A stretch of DNA of 32,000 nucleotides. Source: Candidatus Methylomirabilis oxygeniifera (lineage in GTDB: Bacteria; Methylomirabilota; Methylomirabilia; Methylomirabilales; Methylomirabilaceae). Where the stretch lies: contig FP565575.1 in NCBI GenBank assembly GCA_000091165.1, positions 2,250,001 through 2,282,000 of the forward strand, in the 5' to 3' direction. The number at the start of each line of letters is the position of its first letter. The first letter of the stretch is position 1. A model generated the notes under the pieces. The model was not told where the DNA came from. It did no database searches and worked only from the letters and a program-made list of their open reading frames with translations. Position numbers and translations under genes: made by a program. Shown one piece after another: positions 1 to 8,523 of this stretch.

Positions 1-672
1 GAATACCGGCATACGGGTCTTATAGAAGAGTGCAAGCCACCGATCCAACGACGCAGTAGCATGCCATTCGGGCTTGATCTGCTCCGGCTTGATCCCGATT
101 TTTACCAACCCGCGGATCAATGCCCCGAAGGCTCGCCTCTTCAGTGCCCAGAAGGCGGCCACAACGACGGCCCCCATCCCCGCCGGCAGTGCAAGCGCGG
201 CAACCCACAGTCCCGTAGGAAGCGCGAACTGGGCCACAGCAATACTCAGACCCAGGCTGAGGAATAAGACCTGCGCCACGATTTCCGCATGCTTGTGGAC
301 CATGATCGAGGTCACCGACCGGCTGAATCCGACCGACCTGCTGAGCAGATGGGCCTTAACAGGTTCTCCGGCCAGGTTGGCAGGCGGCACAAAATAGTTG
401 ATAGAATCTCCAACAAGATAGACGCCGAACATCCGCCAATATCCGATCCGTCTGGCCCTCGAGCCGATCACGACCCACCATCCGGCCATGAAGGCCATCT
501 GCGCAAAGAGGTACAGGACAACCAACAGAAAGAACCATTTCCCGATCACCGCGATATTCGCCCGAATCGCGGGCCACCCGATCTTCCCGCATAGCCAGAC
601 GATTCCGACAAGCCCGGTAAGGATGAGCAGGGATCGCAGTGCAGGCTTCAGCCGTTGCAGGCTGCTTGTCAT
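1..672 (-). CDS. Lysylphosphatidylglycerol synthase TM-domain / UPF0104-like integral membrane protein (3' end outside window)
   Basis: Manual minus-strand translation from ATG at 672 is open to base 1 (MTSSLQRLKPALRSLLILTGLVGIVWLCGKIGWPAIRANIAVIGKWFLLLVVLY...GDSINYFVPPANLAGEPVKAHLLSRSVGFSRSVTSIMVHKHAEIVAQ...). Multiple TM segments and an N-x-x-x-P-x-x-x-G-E-x-x-K/R-like block typical of the family. Missing from the ORF track because no stop lies in the window. Confidence 0.75.
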   Translation of the reverse strand, partial: MTSSLQRLKPALRSLLILTGLVGIVWLCGKIGWPAIRANIAVIGKWFFLLVVLYLFAQMAFMAGWWVVIGSRARRIGYWRMFGVYLVGDSINYFVPPANLAGEPVKAHLLSRSVGFSRSVTSIMVHKHAEIVAQVLFLSLGLSIAVAQFALPTGLWVAALALPAGMGAVVVAAFWALKRRAFGALIRGLVKIGIKPEQIKPEWHATASLDRWLALFYKTRMPVF

Positions 673-712
673 CGGGGGTACTGTAGTTGCAGGATATTCA
701 CGCGTACACCGC

Positions 713-2281
713 TTACAGTTGCTCCATGAAGGCGGCAATCTCATCGAGCTTCACATTGCGTACGACGATCTCAGGCGTATAGATAACCTCGTCTGCCGCC
801 CAGACCAAGGTCCCCTTGACCTCCTTGCCGACCGCGACAATGTGAGAGAGGATCGAGTGGATATTGTCGTTGATTCGCACCGTGTTCGGTTTCAGCGGCG
901 CTGCGATCCGCCCGTCCTTGATAATGTACGAGTCGCCGACGACGGTGCAGGTGAAGTCACCCTCCCGCAGCCCATTGATGGGATACGTATACCAGATCCG
1001 ACCGATCAGCAGACCGTCTTTGACGGTGGCGATCAACTCCTCGAGGCTCTGGTCCCCACCCTGTACGACAGCGTTGGTGGAGGCAATACCGGGCTGGACA
1101 CCGAACTGCCGGCCGCCCCCTGCCCAGAACCGAAAACCGTTTCGCGGCACGATGGCGCTGCCGTACTGATTCGGGTCTGCCCCCAGTTTCTCGGTACTCC
1201 TGGGATCTTTGACGATCCGCTGATGCTCGTAATAGTTCGCTAACAGCCCGACCAGCTTACCCCGCTGGATCAGCCGTGTTTTCCCGGTTGGTAGTCCTTC
1301 GCAGGTGATCCCCTTGCTGCCCATCAGCCCGCGCTGCGCACCGTGATCGTACAGCGTCAACTGCTTCGACGCAACGCGCTTGCCGAGTCGTCCCATGAAC
1401 GCGGAGCTGTCGCTGTAAAAGTTGCCGAGGCTGAGGGAGGGCAGGATCAGATTATTCAGGAGGTCGGCTACTGGTTGACGTCCAAAGATGACCGTATACT
1501 CCCCACCCTTGATCCGCTCCCCGCCAATCGCCGCAAGGGCGTTCTGTGCGGCCTCTACACCGGCGTCGTCAGTAAACTGATCCAGGCGGGTACCGGCAGA
1601 ACAGCCGCTGCCCTTGGAAGCTTTGGCCTCCACCATAGCGGTAATGAAGGCCATGATCAGCGTTGATTCGTCGGTCTGGACCTCCGGCATGGCCGTTGAG
1701 GCGATAGCAATTCGCTCCTGCTGGATGGTCACGTCGCCGCCGACGATGAGGCCCAACTCCCTGATCCGCGTCTCGTCGCCCGCCAGCTCCTGTAGTCTGG
1801 GAGAGTTGAGAAACGTCTTCAGGCTCCCTCGCAACACCCGCCAGCCGACCTCCACCAACTCCTCATCCCGGATCTTCATGAGTTTCGGATCATGGTAGCG
1901 ACGGAGCCTTCTCCGCTCACCCGTGGGTCTCGGCAGCGACGAGAATTCAGGATCGGCAACAGCGCCGCGCCTGGCCTTCTCAAGGGCCCTTTTGACCCCC
2001 TCAAGACTCAGATCGCTCGGTTCGCTACCGAACCCCAGCATGATACCGTTCTCTGTCTTGAAAACGACTGTAATTCCAAGACCGTACGACTCGCTCGACT
2101 TCGGCTCTTCGACCCCATTGCATGGAATGTGCGAGGTATAGTTCAGCCTGGCCAGGAGGTTGCCGTTGCTCGCTGCAAACACCTCGGCCTCAGTCACCTG
2201 CTCAGCCGACTTGAGATAGGCCAAGGCCTGTTCCACAGCCTTCGCGAGTTCAGCAGTCGAGATCATCGAAGCCTCCTTCAC
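713..2281 (-). CDS. tldE: TldD/PmbA family protein, TldE-like subunit (no HExxxH motif)
   Basis: 522-aa ORF directly downstream of the TldD-like ORF; PmbA/TldE-like architecture (GLGITVVFKTENGIMLGFGSE, SKQLTLYDHGAQRGLMGSKGITCEGLPTGKTRLIQRGKLVGLLANYY). Confidence 0.75.
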   Translation of the reverse strand: MKEASMISTAELAKAVEQALAYLKSAEQVTEAEVFAASNGNLLARLNYTSHIPCNGVEEPKSSESYGLGITVVFKTENGIMLGFGSEPSDLSLEGVKRALEKARRGAVADPEFSSLPRPTGERRRLRRYHDPKLMKIRDEELVEVGWRVLRGSLKTFLNSPRLQELAGDETRIRELGLIVGGDVTIQQERIAIASTAMPEVQTDESTLIMAFITAMVEAKASKGSGCSAGTRLDQFTDDAGVEAAQNALAAIGGERIKGGEYTVIFGRQPVADLLNNLILPSLSLGNFYSDSSAFMGRLGKRVASKQLTLYDHGAQRGLMGSKGITCEGLPTGKTRLIQRGKLVGLLANYYEHQRIVKDPRSTEKLGADPNQYGSAIVPRNGFRFWAGGGRQFGVQPGIASTNAVVQGGDQSLEELIATVKDGLLIGRIWYTYPINGLREGDFTCTVVGDSYIIKDGRIAAPLKPNTVRINDNIHSILSHIVAVGKEVKGTLVWAADEVIYTPEIVVRNVKLDEIAAFMEQL

Positions 2282-2319
2282 CCTATACCCTACACCCTAT
2301 CTTTAGACCCCATACCCTA

Positions 2320-3888
2320 TCACGCCCCCGTCAGACGCGCTCGACTCCTCATAGTGGGGCCGCCATTGCCAAGCCGCTTGGTCTGCATCGGCTGGCCCTT
2401 GCCGCAATTGGGAATCGGGTAGAGGCGGAAGTCGTCCCCCACGGCATCGACCTTCATCAGGTAGTCCTTCGTATCGGCCATGATCCCGCCATTACAGAAC
2501 AGCTCTCCGATCTGCCCCTGTTTAATCTCATAGACCTTCATGGCGGTGATCCGGAAGTTCTCACGCGATTCGGCGATCGAGGGGGTCCGGTGTCCCACAA
2601 GGTAGTAGCCGTGGGGAATCTCCCGGATAATCTCTCCGGGGTCACGTTCGCCGGGACCGAATACCGTATTCGACATCCTGATCAAGGGGACCAACGAGGC
2701 ATCGGTTGCCTTATACGACCCATTTGGGGGAATACCCAGAACGGCAGCGGTCTGCCGACTGTTCATAAAGCCGGTGAAGATGCCGCGGTCGATGTGCGTC
2801 ACACGCGTGGCCGGCGTCCCCTCGTGGTCGTACGTATAGTGGCCATACCCGGGAAGGGATGGATCGGAGAACGCCGAGACGAGAGGCGAGGCGATCGGTT
2901 GGCCGAGTTGATGCTCGTGAAGGTTCTGAAACAGCCAGCTTCGGCCTGCGTAGGAGGTCTCCAATTTCAACGCGCGGTCCAGCTCGGTCGGGTGGCCGAC
3001 AATCTCGTGCGCCGTCAGGGTGTTGTAGTGTGGGTCGGTCACGACGACCACCTCGTGATCGGTGGCTTTAAGCGGCCTGGCATTGCACAGGTTCACTGCG
3101 TCTTTCGTGAGATTGGCACAGAAGGTTCGGAACTCCGGAAATCGAATGGTCTCCTCGTGCGCTCCCTGGGTCAAGACCTCCCAGCCGCGCTGGTGGCCCA
3201 TGTAATCGTAGAGCTCCTGCGTACCCGATTTGCCGTGGGCTACGATAAAGCAGGTCCCCTGGGTCAGAGCAAAGGTCTGATCGATGTCGGCCCCTTCGGA
3301 ACTGCAGAACAACTCCCGGGTCAACAGGGTAAAGGCCGAGATGAACGTGTACTTGACATGAGGGTCGAGCGCGAGGGTGCTCTTGGAGATCTCAGTCGTC
3401 AGCGCAACGAGTTCGTCTAACGGGACGGAGCGCGGGTCGATCTCGAACAGCGCAGGAACGGTATCCTGATGGATGTCGATAGGGGCAAGAGTCGTGCTGC
3501 CTAACGCGTCGGCTATGGGGCCGAACTCCGTCCGGGTCGCTGCCTTTCGCTCGGCGTTAGCCAAGGCACGATGATGCGCATGGCGGAGTCCCTCCTTGAC
3601 CACCCGGTCCAGGCGCCCCAGGTCGGCCGTGCCGAGCGATTGTCCGAAATAGCCCGGCGCGATCATCCCGTTACCGGACAAGGCGCGAATGCCGATCGCA
3701 AAGGCATAGTCCCTGGTGCTGTGTTTACTCCCGCCGTTCTCCGCCGCAGCCGCTTGTCCTTCATCAACCTGCACGCGAATATCCGCGTAGCGACAGCCGC
3801 GAAGACTCTTTCGGTAGCGGGTGGCAAGATCGAAGATCATCGGCCTGATCTGATCGATGATCTGAACTGTCATCGGCTGTGCCGGCAT
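2320..3888 (-). CDS. tldD: TldD-like metallopeptidase
   Basis: 522-aa ORF with HExxxH motif (TAHEIVGHPTELDRAL) and C-terminal PNCGKGQP block; IGIRALSG N-terminal signature. Confidence 0.85.
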   Translation of the reverse strand: MPAQPMTVQIIDQIRPMIFDLATRYRKSLRGCRYADIRVQVDEGQAAAAENGGSKHSTRDYAFAIGIRALSGNGMIAPGYFGQSLGTADLGRLDRVVKEGLRHAHHRALANAERKAATRTEFGPIADALGSTTLAPIDIHQDTVPALFEIDPRSVPLDELVALTTEISKSTLALDPHVKYTFISAFTLLTRELFCSSEGADIDQTFALTQGTCFIVAHGKSGTQELYDYMGHQRGWEVLTQGAHEETIRFPEFRTFCANLTKDAVNLCNARPLKATDHEVVVVTDPHYNTLTAHEIVGHPTELDRALKLETSYAGRSWLFQNLHEHQLGQPIASPLVSAFSDPSLPGYGHYTYDHEGTPATRVTHIDRGIFTGFMNSRQTAAVLGIPPNGSYKATDASLVPLIRMSNTVFGPGERDPGEIIREIPHGYYLVGHRTPSIAESRENFRITAMKVYEIKQGQIGELFCNGGIMADTKDYLMKVDAVGDDFRLYPIPNCGKGQPMQTKRLGNGGPTMRSRARLTGA

Positions 3889-4021
3889 CGCCGCATCTCC
3901 CCCCCCATATGCCCGTCATTGGTTGAGATCTCATGAAGAATGGCTAAAGCAACCCATTATACGCCATTCAGGCAGAGCTGGGAAAGCACTTTTGCGCGGA
4001 CTGCCGCTGCGGTAAGGAATC

Positions 4022-4615
4022 TCAGACGAGCGGAAAGCTTTGCAGGATGGAGTAACGGGCGCCTCCAGCGCTCAGGTTGCTCTGCATCAGCTCGATCCGG
4101 TCGAGCACCATCTCGCCCAGCGCCTCGGCAGGCGCCTCGGTGACGGCACGAGCCAACTGCTCCCGGCGCGCAGGACCCCGCACTCGACCCAGCGTCAGAT
4201 GCGCGGTGAACGGCCGCGCCTCCCGCGAAAATCCGAGCGACTCGAGCGCTGCCTCAATCCTCGCCTGAAGCGCTGCCAGCGCCTCAGACCCACGGGAAAG
4301 GCCGATCCAGACGACCCGGGCCTCGCGGGGCCGGGGGAAGGCGCCAAGACCCTGAAAGACCAGACGAACCGGACCAGACCCGGCAGCCGCAGCAGCGATT
4401 GCCTCCCCGATGGCGCCGATGCGATCCGCCTCGACCTGCCCCAGGAATTTAAGCGTCAGGTGGAGATTCTCCGACCGTACCCATCCGACGTCGGCTCTGG
4501 TGGCCTTGAGCCGGTCCTGCGCCATGGCCAGGGCTGCTTTGAGGTCAGGAGTCAGATTCGCGGCGACAAAGGCGCGGATCGTTGAGACGGGCTGGGAGTC
4601 AGGTCTGTCCGACAT
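4022..4615 (-). CDS. thpR: RNA 2',3'-cyclic phosphodiesterase (2H phosphoesterase, ThpR/LigT family)
   Basis: Two HxTx motifs, HLTLKFLG and HLTLGRVRG, IRAFVAANL start. ORF track extends to 4669; ATG at 4615 (MSDRPDSQPVSTIRAFVAANL) is the more likely start. Confidence 0.9.
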   Translation of the reverse strand: MSDRPDSQPVSTIRAFVAANLTPDLKAALAMAQDRLKATRADVGWVRSENLHLTLKFLGQVEADRIGAIGEAIAAAAAGSGPVRLVFQGLGAFPRPREARVVWIGLSRGSEALAALQARIEAALESLGFSREARPFTAHLTLGRVRGPARREQLARAVTEAPAEALGEMVLDRIELMQSNLSAGGARYSILQSFPLV

Positions 4616-5939
4616 ATCGAAGCGACAGGAGGTGTCGGCGGAGGATGTCGAGGGCCTTCTGGGAGGCAAGCAGCTTATTGGTATCCCGATCCGCCAGGAA
4701 CCGGTACTCGCGGCAGGTCACGCCGTCGCCTGAAGCCAGCGCGATGTAGGTCAGACCTACCGGTTTCGTGGCGGTACCGCCACCCGGCCCGGCAATGCCG
4801 GTAATGCCCAGCGCCAGATCCGTTCCGGCGGCCTGTCGCATCCCGACAGCCATTGCCAGAGCGACGGGCCGACTGACGGCGCCATGCTCTGCCATCAGTT
4901 CACGCGGCACCCCGAGCAGGCGCTCCTTCGCCTCGTTGCTGTAGACCACCTCGCCGCGAATAAAATAGGCGGAGCTTCCCGGAAGATTGGTCAATCGGTG
5001 GCATACCAACCCGCCGGTGCACGACTCGGCAACGGCAACGGTCGCCTTGGCATCGAGCAAGAGCCGTCCCACGACCTCCTCAAGTCGCTCCTCATCCCGC
5101 CCGAAGAGAAATTCGGCCAGTCGGGTGCGAATCCTGGTCTCAAGATCGTCGAGCAGTCGATCACCTTCCGTCTCCGACTCGCTCTTCACGGTCAACCGGA
5201 TGTGGATCTCTCCCGGATAGGCCAGGATCGCAATCGTGGGATTGCGTGAGAGGCGGATCAGGTCGCTGATGGTCTCATCGAGCGCCGATTCCGTGATGCC
5301 GCATGCTTTCAGGGTGCGCGAGCGAATCTTTGACTTCACGCCGAACGTCTTGCGCAGATACGGGATCACCTGCGCGTCAAGCATCGACCGCATCTCCGAG
5401 GGGACCCCTGGCGTTGCCATCACGACCCTCCCATCACCCAGACGAATAGCGAGACCGGGGGCGGTCCCGTGGGCGTTCGGCAATACGACGGCGCCTTCCG
5501 GGATGAGGGCCTGTCGCCCGTTATTTTCGGACATGACGAGGGCCCGCTCCGTGAATCGGCGACGGATCGACTCTAAGACCGCCTGATCGAGAATCAACGG
5601 ACGATCCAGCTCGGCGGCGATGGCGCGACAGGTCAGATCGTCCTCCGTGGGACCAAGACCGCCCGTCGTGATGACGATCTCAGATCGCGTAAGCGCCACA
5701 CGAAGCGTCTCTCTAATTCGAGCCTCGTGATCGCCGACCGTACTCTTCCAACAGACTTCGATCCCCGCTGCCGCAAGTGCTTCACCGATGTAGGCGGAAT
5801 TGGTATCGATGGTGTGACCCAGCAGTAACTCTGTTCCAATCGTGAGGACCTCAGCCCGCGCCTCGTGCTCCACAGCATGGTCCGCTCCAACGGCTCGCTC
5901 GCCCGCCGCCTGACCTCCGGATCCTGGAGATGTCAGCAT
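4599..5939 (-). CDS. cinA: CinA family protein (competence/damage-inducible, nicotinamide-nucleotide amidohydrolase)
   Basis: RAEVLTIGTELLLGHTIDTNSAYIGEAL, TTGGLGPTEDDLT, AVAESCTGGLVCHRLTNLPGSSAYFIRGEVVYSNEAK, GITGIAGPGGGT. ORF track extends to 6023; ATG at 5939, overlapping the upstream gene's stop region, is a plausible start. Confidence 0.93.
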   Translation of the reverse strand: MLTSPGSGGQAAGERAVGADHAVEHEARAEVLTIGTELLLGHTIDTNSAYIGEALAAAGIEVCWKSTVGDHEARIRETLRVALTRSEIVITTGGLGPTEDDLTCRAIAAELDRPLILDQAVLESIRRRFTERALVMSENNGRQALIPEGAVVLPNAHGTAPGLAIRLGDGRVVMATPGVPSEMRSMLDAQVIPYLRKTFGVKSKIRSRTLKACGITESALDETISDLIRLSRNPTIAILAYPGEIHIRLTVKSESETEGDRLLDDLETRIRTRLAEFLFGRDEERLEEVVGRLLLDAKATVAVAESCTGGLVCHRLTNLPGSSAYFIRGEVVYSNEAKERLLGVPRELMAEHGAVSRPVALAMAVGMRQAAGTDLALGITGIAGPGGGTATKPVGLTYIALASGDGVTCREYRFLADRDTNKLLASQKALDILRRHLLSLRYVGQT

Positions 5940-7207
5940 CCTTTTCCTGAGCCCTCCGAATGACACGGCAAACCGCACGACTCGGACACCGCAATCTGGT
6001 TGCCGCCGGCAGCCTTCGCACAATAGAGCGCCTGATCCGCCGCCCGCACCAGGTCTTCAACCTTGTACATGTCCGGTCCGAGGCATGCCACGCCGAGACT
6101 CACGGTAAGTGTGTTCCTGCCAGGCGTCCCCTGTCCGCCAAAATGGTCACGCGCCATCACAGAGCGGACCCGTTCCGCCTGCACCAAGGCCTGCCGTGGA
6201 TCGGTCTCCGGAAGGATGATGCCGAACTCGTCTCCTCCGTATCGCGCAACAATGTCGGCGCCTCTCGTACTCTTTTTTAACCGAGCAGCCGTCAGGCGAA
6301 GCGCCTCATCGCCGGCCAGGTGACCGTGGAAATCGTTATACTGCTTGAAGAGGTCGATATCCAGCATGATCAGCGACAGCGGGTGACCGTAACGCCGGTT
6401 TCGCCTCAGATCCTGATCGAGTTGGCTATAGAAGTGGCGATGGTTGAAGAGACCCGTCAACTCATCGGTGATTGCCAGCCGATGAACCTCCTGGAACAGG
6501 CGACCGGTTTCGATGGCGATGGCCAATTGCTCACTCAGAGGCAGGAGCAGATCAATCTCCGACTCCCCATAACGGTCAGGCCTTATGCTGTCCATGCAGA
6601 GACCGCCGATCACCTGTCCTTTCACAATGAGGGGGAGGCGAATACAGGACCGAATCCCCGCCTTGAACAGCGCCTCATCCTCTATAAATTGCCTCGATTC
6701 CGCCAGGTCATACTCGATATGGGGACGGCGCTCGGACATGACCCATCCGATGCCGGTCCCTTCCCCCATGCCGGCGACGCCTTCAGGCCACCCGGTAGCA
6801 GGCTGGTCAGGCGCCAGCCGGAGCACTCTCAATCCCGAGCCTCTATCATTCCGCAGTGCGAGGGTCATCCGATCGTAATGAATGAGGCGTCCCACCTCTG
6901 CAGCAAACGTTTGATAGACCTCGTCCAGATCGAATGAGGCGCCGATCACCCGGGTTAACCGATTAACCGCCGCCAGGCGATCAGCCCGCTGCTGCAGCGC
7001 AACGTATGGCTCCGCATCCAACATCACCAGGTCGGTATCGCCGGCTGCAAGGATATCCAGCGCCTCCTGTTCGGATGAGGCCTGCAGGACTGAGAATCCT
7101 CGCCTCGTAAGCAGTTCACGGAGTCGCCGGGTTGAATGGACACCGTCCGCAATAATCACGATCGATTGGCTCTGATCTTCACAATGTTCCGACATGCTGT
7201 CAGTCAA
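5933..7207 (-). CDS. GAF-domain diguanylate cyclase with degenerate REC-like N-terminus
   Basis: LAITDELTGLFNHRHF and active motif YGGDEFGI; central GAF-like region; N-terminus IVIIADGVHSTRRLRELLTRRGFSVLQASSEQEALDILAAGDTDLVMLDAEP resembles a receiver. Confidence 0.9.
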   Translation of the reverse strand: MTDSMSEHCEDQSQSIVIIADGVHSTRRLRELLTRRGFSVLQASSEQEALDILAAGDTDLVMLDAEPYVALQQRADRLAAVNRLTRVIGASFDLDEVYQTFAAEVGRLIHYDRMTLALRNDRGSGLRVLRLAPDQPATGWPEGVAGMGEGTGIGWVMSERRPHIEYDLAESRQFIEDEALFKAGIRSCIRLPLIVKGQVIGGLCMDSIRPDRYGESEIDLLLPLSEQLAIAIETGRLFQEVHRLAITDELTGLFNHRHFYSQLDQDLRRNRRYGHPLSLIMLDIDLFKQYNDFHGHLAGDEALRLTAARLKKSTRGADIVARYGGDEFGIILPETDPRQALVQAERVRSVMARDHFGGQGTPGRNTLTVSLGVACLGPDMYKVEDLVRAADQALYCAKAAGGNQIAVSESCGLPCHSEGSGKGC

Positions 7208-7226
7208 GACCGGCGACGCCTTTTCA

Positions 7227-7242
7227 TGTGATGAATATCACA
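7227..7242. promoter_or_regulatory. CRP/FNR-family-like palindrome TGTGATGAATATCACA
   Basis: Perfect TGTGA-N6-TCACA (6-bp arms, 4-nt centre), 20 bp upstream of the GGDEF start codon, overlapping a predicted -10. Confidence 0.5.
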
Positions 7243-7262
7243 CCATCGCGTACGCCGGACAA
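7234..7262 (-). promoter_or_regulatory. Candidate sigma70-type promoter for the GGDEF gene
   Basis: Minus strand TTGTCC (7257-7262), 17-bp spacer, GATATT (7234-7239); each hexamer 4/6 to consensus. Confidence 0.35.
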
Positions 7263-7290
7263 GGGGAAAATTCGGCCTCAGATATTCACA

Positions 7291-7782
7291 TTACCGATAG
7301 TTACCGAACTGCAGGTCGATGCCGAAATCGCGCGATCGAAGCGCCTGAATGACCGCCTGCAGGTCATCTTTACTCTTGGCTGACACCCGTACCTGGTCGT
7401 CCTGAATCTGTGTAGCCACCTTCAGGCCAAGCGTCTTGATCGCTTTAGTAATCTCTTTCGCCTTATCGGCGGGGATACCCTGCTGAAGGGTCGCTCGCTG
7501 TCGAACGGCCCCTTTCGCCGCCGGCTCAGGGACTTCATAGGTAAGCGCCTTGAGAGACACCTTTCGCCGCACCAGTTTCGATTCCAGCAGCTCCACCACC
7601 GCCTTAAGCTTATAGGCATCGTCGGCGTACAGCAAGAGGCCCTGCTCATCCCGCGTGACGCGACTGGCGCTCCCCTTGAAATCGAACCGCTGCTGGATCT
7701 CTTTCATCACCTGCTGCACGGCATTGTCTACTTCCTGCAGATCAACCGTCGAACTGATATCGAAAGATACCTCATTAGCCAC
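7291..7782 (-). CDS. yajQ: YajQ family nucleotide-binding protein
   Basis: 163 aa, MANEVSFDISSTVDLQEVDNAVQQVMKEIQQRFDFKG...LRSRDFGIDLQFGNYR, full-length family match by eye. Confidence 0.95.
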   Translation of the reverse strand: MANEVSFDISSTVDLQEVDNAVQQVMKEIQQRFDFKGSASRVTRDEQGLLLYADDAYKLKAVVELLESKLVRRKVSLKALTYEVPEPAAKGAVRQRATLQQGIPADKAKEITKAIKTLGLKVATQIQDDQVRVSAKSKDDLQAVIQALRSRDFGIDLQFGNYR

Positions 7783-7800
7783 GTGCGATCTCCTTTTGGC

Positions 7801-8523
7801 TTATGGAACAGTAGGCTTTATGGGGGTCACGACCTCCGTCCCCGGCGGTGGCGAGAACTGAAACAGTTCGTCCTTGAGATTACTGTTGACGGTCTGTTTT
7901 GACAGCTCGACTGTGGTCGTGTTGCCGTACAGGTCAAACACCGTCAGTCGCCGGATGAGAAAGCTTGCCCGATCCACCCCCAGGATCACCCGTTTGAAGG
8001 CCAACCCCTTCCCCTTGGGGGTCAACTCCAGGATCGACTCCGAACTATCCCGGATCCCCGCGTGAACGATAGGCCGGACCTGAAAATCGCGCCGGAGGTT
8101 GCTCATTCCGAACAGGATCCCGATGGGGGTTGTCGTGAGTGCACCGCTTACATCTTGCGCGATCGCCTGTCGCTCGGATGGGCTGTAGCTCCAGAGGGTC
8201 TTGCCGTCGATGAGGAACAGTCTCGATTCCGGCTTTTCATACTCCCAGCGCATCCTCCCGGGCCATTTGAGGAAAAGCCGGCCGGAGGCCTCCTGGGTCA
8301 TTCCGCTGAGCTTGTTCGTAGCGCGCTGAAAGAAGCTCCCCTGGAGGTCGGAAAATCCCTGGTAGGTTGCCTGGACCTTATCGGCCACCTCATCTGCTGT
8401 GAGCGCGGATACGGGAGCAGGGGTGGGGTGGAGGGTGGAGGGTGGAGGGTCAAGGGCACAAACGGGTGAACCACTCAACACAACCGCGCCCACCATGACC
8501 AGGACCGATTTAAGGATTCGCAT
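7801..8523 (-). CDS. lolA: Outer-membrane lipoprotein carrier protein LolA family
   Basis: Signal peptide MRILKSVLVMVGAVVLSGSPVCA; QGSFFQRATNKLSGMTQEASGRLFLKWPGRMRWEYEKPE...LIDGKTLWSYSP. ORF track extends to 8577 but ATG at 8523 begins the signal peptide. Confidence 0.88.
   Translation of the reverse strand: MRILKSVLVMVGAVVLSGSPVCALDPPPSTLHPTPAPVSALTADEVADKVQATYQGFSDLQGSFFQRATNKLSGMTQEASGRLFLKWPGRMRWEYEKPESRLFLIDGKTLWSYSPSERQAIAQDVSGALTTTPIGILFGMSNLRRDFQVRPIVHAGIRDSSESILELTPKGKGLAFKRVILGVDRASFLIRRLTVFDLYGNTTTVELSKQTVNSNLKDELFQFSPPPGTEVVTPIKPTVP
8428..8450. repeat. Heptanucleotide tandem repeat (GTGGAGG)x3 + GT inside lolA
   Basis: Units at 8428-8434, 8435-8441, 8442-8448, partial copy after; codes for the Pro-rich DPPPSTLHPTPAPVS segment after the signal peptide. 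Confidence 0.8.

Noticed and set aside
488-1243. 251-aa plus-strand ORF
   Set aside because: Overlaps the LPG-synthase-like and tldE-like genes antisense; no family features.
2281-2320. Telomere-like or CRISPR-like repeat
   Set aside because: Unit is too short and irregular, with no spacers; treated as a low-complexity intergenic repeat only.
3940-4143. 67-aa plus-strand ORF (MAKATHYTPFRQSWESTF...)
   Set aside because: Mostly overlaps thpR antisense, no RBS or homology seen; probably spurious.
6320-6937. 205-aa plus-strand ORF
   Set aside because: Antisense to the GGDEF gene.
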